From Candidatus Eiseniibacteriota bacterium (GTDB lineage: Bacteria > Eisenbacteria > RBG-16-71-46): a stretch of DNA of 10,171 nucleotides. The stretch lies in assembly GCA_031370785.1 (NCBI GenBank), contig JANMQY010000120.1, forward strand, positions 1 to 10,171, given 5' to 3'. Below are positions 6,494 through 10,171 of this stretch, piece by piece; the stretch's first letter is position 1, and each line of letters starts with the position of its first letter. The notes beneath the pieces were generated by a model that was not told the DNA's origin, searched no databases, and worked only from the letters and a program-made list of their open reading frames with translations. The position numbers and the translations under genes are program-made.

Positions 6494-9400
6494 GTGAAGC
6501 TCGAAACCGACACCCTGAGGCTTTCGGCCACCGACCTCGCGAACCATCTCGCGTGCGGGCACCTGACCGCGCTCGATCGCGGGGTCGCGGAAGGCCGATG
6601 GAAGCCGCCGGACTGGTTCCGTCCCGAGGCCGAAGTGCTGCGCGCGCACGGCCTCGAGCACGAGCGCGCCTACCTGGCGCACCTCGAGAGCCAGGGGCGC
6701 CACATCACGCGCCTCGATGACGACGCCGACGGCGCGACTGGCCTCGAGCGTACGGTCGCGGCGATGTGCGCAGGGGCGGACGTCATCGCGCAGGCCACAC
6801 TGGCCGCCGGGCGCTGGCTCGGTCGCGCTGATGTGCTGCTGCGCGTCGAGCGCCCGAGCAAACTGGGCGCGTGGTCGTACGAGGCGCTCGACACCAAGCT
6901 CGCGCGCGACACCAAGGCCGGAGCGATCCTCCAGCTCTGCCTCTACTCGGAGCTGCTGGAGGACGTCCAGGGCACTCGGCCCGAGCACATGTACGTGGTG
7001 CCGCGTCGCCCCGACTTTCCGCTCGAGACCTATCGTGTCGAGGACTACCTCGCCTACTACCGCCTCGTTCGGCGAAGGCTCGAAGCCGCGGTGGACGCCG
7101 AGACTCCGACAGCGCCGCACACCTACCCCGAGCCGGTGCCGCACTGCGAGATCTGTCGGTGGTGGCCGCGATGCGACGGCCAGCGGCGCGCGGACGACCA
7201 TCTGAGCCTCGTCGCGGGAATCTCGCGCATGCAGATGCGCGAGCTCAAGTCGCGTGAGATTGAAAAGCTCGCGACGCTGGCCGTCGAGCCGCTGCCGATC
7301 GCATGGAAGCCCGCGCGCGGCGCGAAGGAGGGCTACGGCCGTGCCCGCGAACAGGCGCGCGTCCAGCTCGCCGGTCGAACCGAGCAGCGGGTGCTCTACG
7401 AGGGCCTCGACCTGGCTCCCGGCCGCGGACTCGCGATGCTGCCGGCGCCGTCGACCGGGGATCTGTTCCTCGATTTCGAGGCTGATCCGTATGTGGACGA
7501 GGGAGGACTCGAATACCTCTTCGGCTGGGTCGTGCTGAACGTCGCTCGGGCCGACATGCTCGCGCTCGAGTTCGGGCCGCCGGACTACCAGCGGCGCTGG
7601 GCGCTCGATCGCGTGGGGGAGCGCAGGGCTTTCGAGGAGCTGATGGACACGATCATGGAACGGTGGCGCGCCGATCCCGGCATGCACGTCTATCATTTCG
7701 GGGCCTACGAGCCCGGAGCGGTGAAGCGTCTGATGGGGCGCCATGCCACGCGCGAGGCCGAGGTGGATCGCCTGCTGCGGGCCGGACGCTTCGTCGATCT
7801 GCACGCGGTCGTGCGCCAGTCGCTGCGGGCGAGCGTCGAGGAGTACTCGATCAAGAAGCTGGAGCCGCTCTACGGCTTCGAGCGCCAGCAGCCGCTCGAC
7901 CGGGCCGGCGTCGCGCTGCGCGTCATCGAGCGCGGCCTCGAACTGGGTGCGGCACCCGCGCCGGATGACGACAGTGTGCGGATCGTCGAAGCCTACAACC
8001 GCGACGATTGCCTTTCGACCCGTGCCCTGCGCGACTGGCTCGAGGGGCTCCGCGCCAATCTGGTCAGTGCCGGCGCCGAAATCGAACGGCCTCCCGAGGA
8101 ATCCGGCGCTCCGAGCGAGCAGATCGGTGAACGCGAGGCTCGCGCCCGCGAGCTGGCGCAACGCCTGCTGGAAGGCGTGCCGGAGCTGGCCGAGGATCGC
8201 AGCGAAGAGCAGCAGGCGCAGTGGCTGCTCGCCCACATGCTCGACTGGCACCGCCGCGAGGAGAAAGCGCCGTGGTGGGAGTATTTTCGATTGCGCGAGC
8301 TGTCGGACGAGGACCTGCTAGATGAAACCGCCGCACTCTCCGGCCTCGAGCACCTCGAACGCATTCCATCGAAGCGCGAGGTCGTGGATCGCTACCGATT
8401 CCCGGCGCAGGAGACTCGCATCCGCGAGGGGGACAAGATCCACGCTCCGCTCCCCGACGGACGGGAGATCGGCGAGGTCGTGGAGATCGATTTTGCCGCC
8501 CGCACCGTCAGCATCAAGAAGCGTGGCATCTGGGCGGAGCGGCATCCGTCCGCCGCCTTCGCGCACGACACCGTCCCGGCGAGGGAACAGGCCGAGTCGC
8601 TCATGCGGCTCGGCGAGTGGGTCGCGGCCCATGGCGTCGACGCACCGGGCCAGTACCGCGCGGCGCGCGATCTGTTGATCGGGCGCGGGCCACGCCTTGC
8701 CGCACGCAACGGCGGACCGCTCGAGGCGCCGGGGGAGAGTGGCGTGGACGCGGCGTTGCGCCTCGCGCTCACTCTCGATCGAAGCGCGCTCGCGATTCAG
8801 GGCCCGCCGGGATCGGGCAAGACCTTCACCGGGGCCCGCATGATCGGTGAGCTGGTGCGCGCGGGGAAGCAGGTCGGCGTCTGCGCGGTGAGCCACAAGG
8901 TGATCACGAACCTGCTCAGGGAAGTGGTCGGGGCCGCGGGGGACCGCGGTCGTGTCGCCTGCCTGCAGAAGGTGCGCAAGAAAGGCGACAGCGCGTATCC
9001 AGGAATTGCCGAGAGCACTGACAATGCAGAAGTGCGGGAAGCGCTTCGCAGCCGCCGCGCGCGCGTCGCCGGCGGCACGGCCTGGATGTGGTCGCGTCCC
9101 GAATTCTCCGAAGCGGTGGACGTCCTGTTCGTGGACGAGGCCGGGCAGATGTCGCTGGCCAACGTGCTCGCGATCGCCCAGAGCGCCAGCTCAATCGTGC
9201 TGCTCGGCGATCCTCAGCAGCTCGAACAGCCGATTCAGGGATATCACCCGCCCGGCACCGCGGTCTCGGCGCTCGAGCACGTGCTGCGCGGCGCGCAGAC
9301 GATTCCGCCGGATCGGGGACTCTTTCTCGAAGAGACCTGGCGGCTTCCGCCCGCCATCTGCGATCTGACGTCCGAACTGTTCTACGAGCGGCGGCTGCAC

Positions 9401-9970
9401 GCCCACCCTGGTCTCGAGCGACAGAGCCTGGTGGGCGAGACGGCCTTCCCGGGCTCTGGCCTCTGGTACGTCCCGGTGGTGCACGACGCGAATCAGAGCG
9501 CGAGTCGCGAGGAGGTGGCAGTCGTCGCCGAACTGGTGGGGTCCTTGATGCGCGACGGCGTCCGCTGGCGCGACCGCGAGGGCCAGGAGCATCCGCTCCG
9601 CCTGCAAGACATCCTTGTCATCGCGCCTTACAACGCGCAGGTCGCGGATCTGACCGCAGGACTCCCGGAAGGCGCGCGGGTCGGGACGGTCGATCGTTTC
9701 CAGGGCCAGGAAGCACCCGTCGTGATCTACTCGATGACCACCTCGACGCCCGAGGATGCGCCGCGCGGCATGGAATTCCTCTACAGCCCCAATCGCTTCA
9801 ACGTCGCCACGTCCCGTGCGAAATGCGCCTGCATCGTGGTCGGCAGCCCGCGACTGTTCGAGCCCGACTGCCAGAGCCCGCGCCAGATGAAGCTCGCGAA
9901 TGCATTCTGCCGGTTCCTGGAGGCGGCCCGCGAGGTGCGCATCGAGCTGCCCGCGGGACCAGTCGAGTAA
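6494..9970 (+). CDS. TM0106-family RecB-like nuclease fused to an RNase H-like domain and an SF1 (Dna2/Upf1-like) helicase (1158 aa)
   Basis: GTG at 6494 follows GGAGG and lies 32 bp after DUF72; the track start at 6236 overlaps DUF72. Nuclease: LSATDLANHLAC, GRADVL, YEALDTKLA, QLCLY, CEICRWWPRC. HhH-like: LSLVAGIS. RNase H-like: FLDFEADP, YHFGAYE, FVDL, YSIKKLE, YNRDDC. Helicase: QGPPGSGKT, VDEAGQ, GDPQQL, APYNAQV, TVDRFQGQE, NRFNVATSRA. Confidence 0.93.
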   Translation: MKLETDTLRLSATDLANHLACGHLTALDRGVAEGRWKPPDWFRPEAEVLRAHGLEHERAYLAHLESQGRHITRLDDDADGATGLERTVAAMCAGADVIAQATLAAGRWLGRADVLLRVERPSKLGAWSYEALDTKLARDTKAGAILQLCLYSELLEDVQGTRPEHMYVVPRRPDFPLETYRVEDYLAYYRLVRRRLEAAVDAETPTAPHTYPEPVPHCEICRWWPRCDGQRRADDHLSLVAGISRMQMRELKSREIEKLATLAVEPLPIAWKPARGAKEGYGRAREQARVQLAGRTEQRVLYEGLDLAPGRGLAMLPAPSTGDLFLDFEADPYVDEGGLEYLFGWVVLNVARADMLALEFGPPDYQRRWALDRVGERRAFEELMDTIMERWRADPGMHVYHFGAYEPGAVKRLMGRHATREAEVDRLLRAGRFVDLHAVVRQSLRASVEEYSIKKLEPLYGFERQQPLDRAGVALRVIERGLELGAAPAPDDDSVRIVEAYNRDDCLSTRALRDWLEGLRANLVSAGAEIERPPEESGAPSEQIGEREARARELAQRLLEGVPELAEDRSEEQQAQWLLAHMLDWHRREEKAPWWEYFRLRELSDEDLLDETAALSGLEHLERIPSKREVVDRYRFPAQETRIREGDKIHAPLPDGREIGEVVEIDFAARTVSIKKRGIWAERHPSAAFAHDTVPAREQAESLMRLGEWVAAHGVDAPGQYRAARDLLIGRGPRLAARNGGPLEAPGESGVDAALRLALTLDRSALAIQGPPGSGKTFTGARMIGELVRAGKQVGVCAVSHKVITNLLREVVGAAGDRGRVACLQKVRKKGDSAYPGIAESTDNAEVREALRSRRARVAGGTAWMWSRPEFSEAVDVLFVDEAGQMSLANVLAIAQSASSIVLLGDPQQLEQPIQGYHPPGTAVSALEHVLRGAQTIPPDRGLFLEETWRLPPAICDLTSELFYERRLHAHPGLERQSLVGETAFPGSGLWYVPVVHDANQSASREEVAVVAELVGSLMRDGVRWRDREGQEHPLRLQDILVIAPYNAQVADLTAGLPEGARVGTVDRFQGQEAPVVIYSMTTSTPEDAPRGMEFLYSPNRFNVATSRAKCACIVVGSPRLFEPDCQSPRQMKLANAFCRFLEAAREVRIELPAGPVE

Positions 9971-9995
9971 CCGCTCAACGGCCGGCGATCGAGCG

Positions 9996-10025
9996 TTGCC
10001 CCGGACGCGACTTCGCGCCTATTCT
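9996..10025 (+). promoter_or_regulatory. Putative sigma70-type promoter for a leaderless EVE transcript
   Basis: TTGCCC (9996-10001), an 18-nt spacer, TATTCT (10020-10025), then 6 nt to the ATG at 10032. No SD precedes the ATG. Confidence 0.55.
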
Positions 10026-10031
10026 CTGCGC

Positions 10032-10171
10032 ATGGCGCGCTTCCTCGTAAAGACCGAGCCGTCGACTTACTCCTTCGCAGACCTGCAGCGCGACAAGCGC
10101 ACGGTGTGGGATGGGGTCTCGAATCCAGTGGCGCTCAAACATCTCGTCACCATTCGCAAGGGCGACACGGT
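10032..10171 (+). CDS. EVE (PUA-like, THYN1-related) domain protein, 5' part (truncated by the window edge; absent from the ORF track)
   Basis: My translation MARFLVKTEPSTYSFADLQRDKRTVWDGVSNPVALKHLVTIRKGDT matches the EVE N-terminal pattern (W/F)L(F/M/V)K(S/T)EP..YS..DL.....WDGV.N..A......M..GD. Confidence 0.9.
   Translation, partial: MARFLVKTEPSTYSFADLQRDKRTVWDGVSNPVALKHLVTIRKGDT

Noticed and set aside
6494..7180. Cas4-like Fe-S nuclease suggesting a CRISPR locus
   Set aside because: No repeat-spacer array or other cas genes in the window; the domain is part of a TM0106 nuclease-helicase fusion.
7553..7573. DMLALEF loop in the RNase H-like domain as a second clamp-binding motif
   Set aside because: It lacks the key Gln; too weak without an alignment.
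6296..8251. Long antisense ORF (651 aa), plus similar ones at 2252-3535, 4112-5215, 5658-6401 and 1585-2280
   Set aside because: Shadow ORFs opposite well-supported genes, expected from GC-rich codon bias; no recognisable motifs.
9972..9995. CGCTC...GAGCG inverted repeat as an intrinsic terminator after the helicase
   Set aside because: Only a 5-bp stem with a long loop and no U-tract.
9088..10050. 320-aa alternative-frame ORF overlapping the helicase 3' end
   Set aside because: Arg/Gly/Ala-rich off-frame translation with no domain signal; the helicase frame is intact, so no frameshift is needed.

Overview
GC-rich bacterial window built around a divergent non-homologous end-joining (NHEJ) locus. 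The leftward arm carries ku followed by a gene for a MerR-like HTH + TPR protein that has a possible beta-clamp-binding motif (QMLLNF). The rightward arm carries a full three-domain ligD (PE-LIG-POL), coupled by GTGA overlaps to a KANL3/Tex30-type alpha/beta hydrolase and a DUF72 TIM-barrel protein. These are followed by a large TM0106-family Fe-S RecB-like nuclease / RNase H-like / SF1 helicase fusion. The right edge has the start of an EVE-domain gene that the ORF track missed, behind an apparent leaderless sigma70-type promoter. The left edge is the 3' end of a gene ending in TP...SWGxLKxxYR, a C-terminal motif I associate with Ca. Eisenbacteria and related candidate phyla. The main hypothesis is an extended NHEJ/end-processing system: Ku and LigD plus up to four accessory proteins. 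All calls come from motif recognition by eye; no database searches were run.
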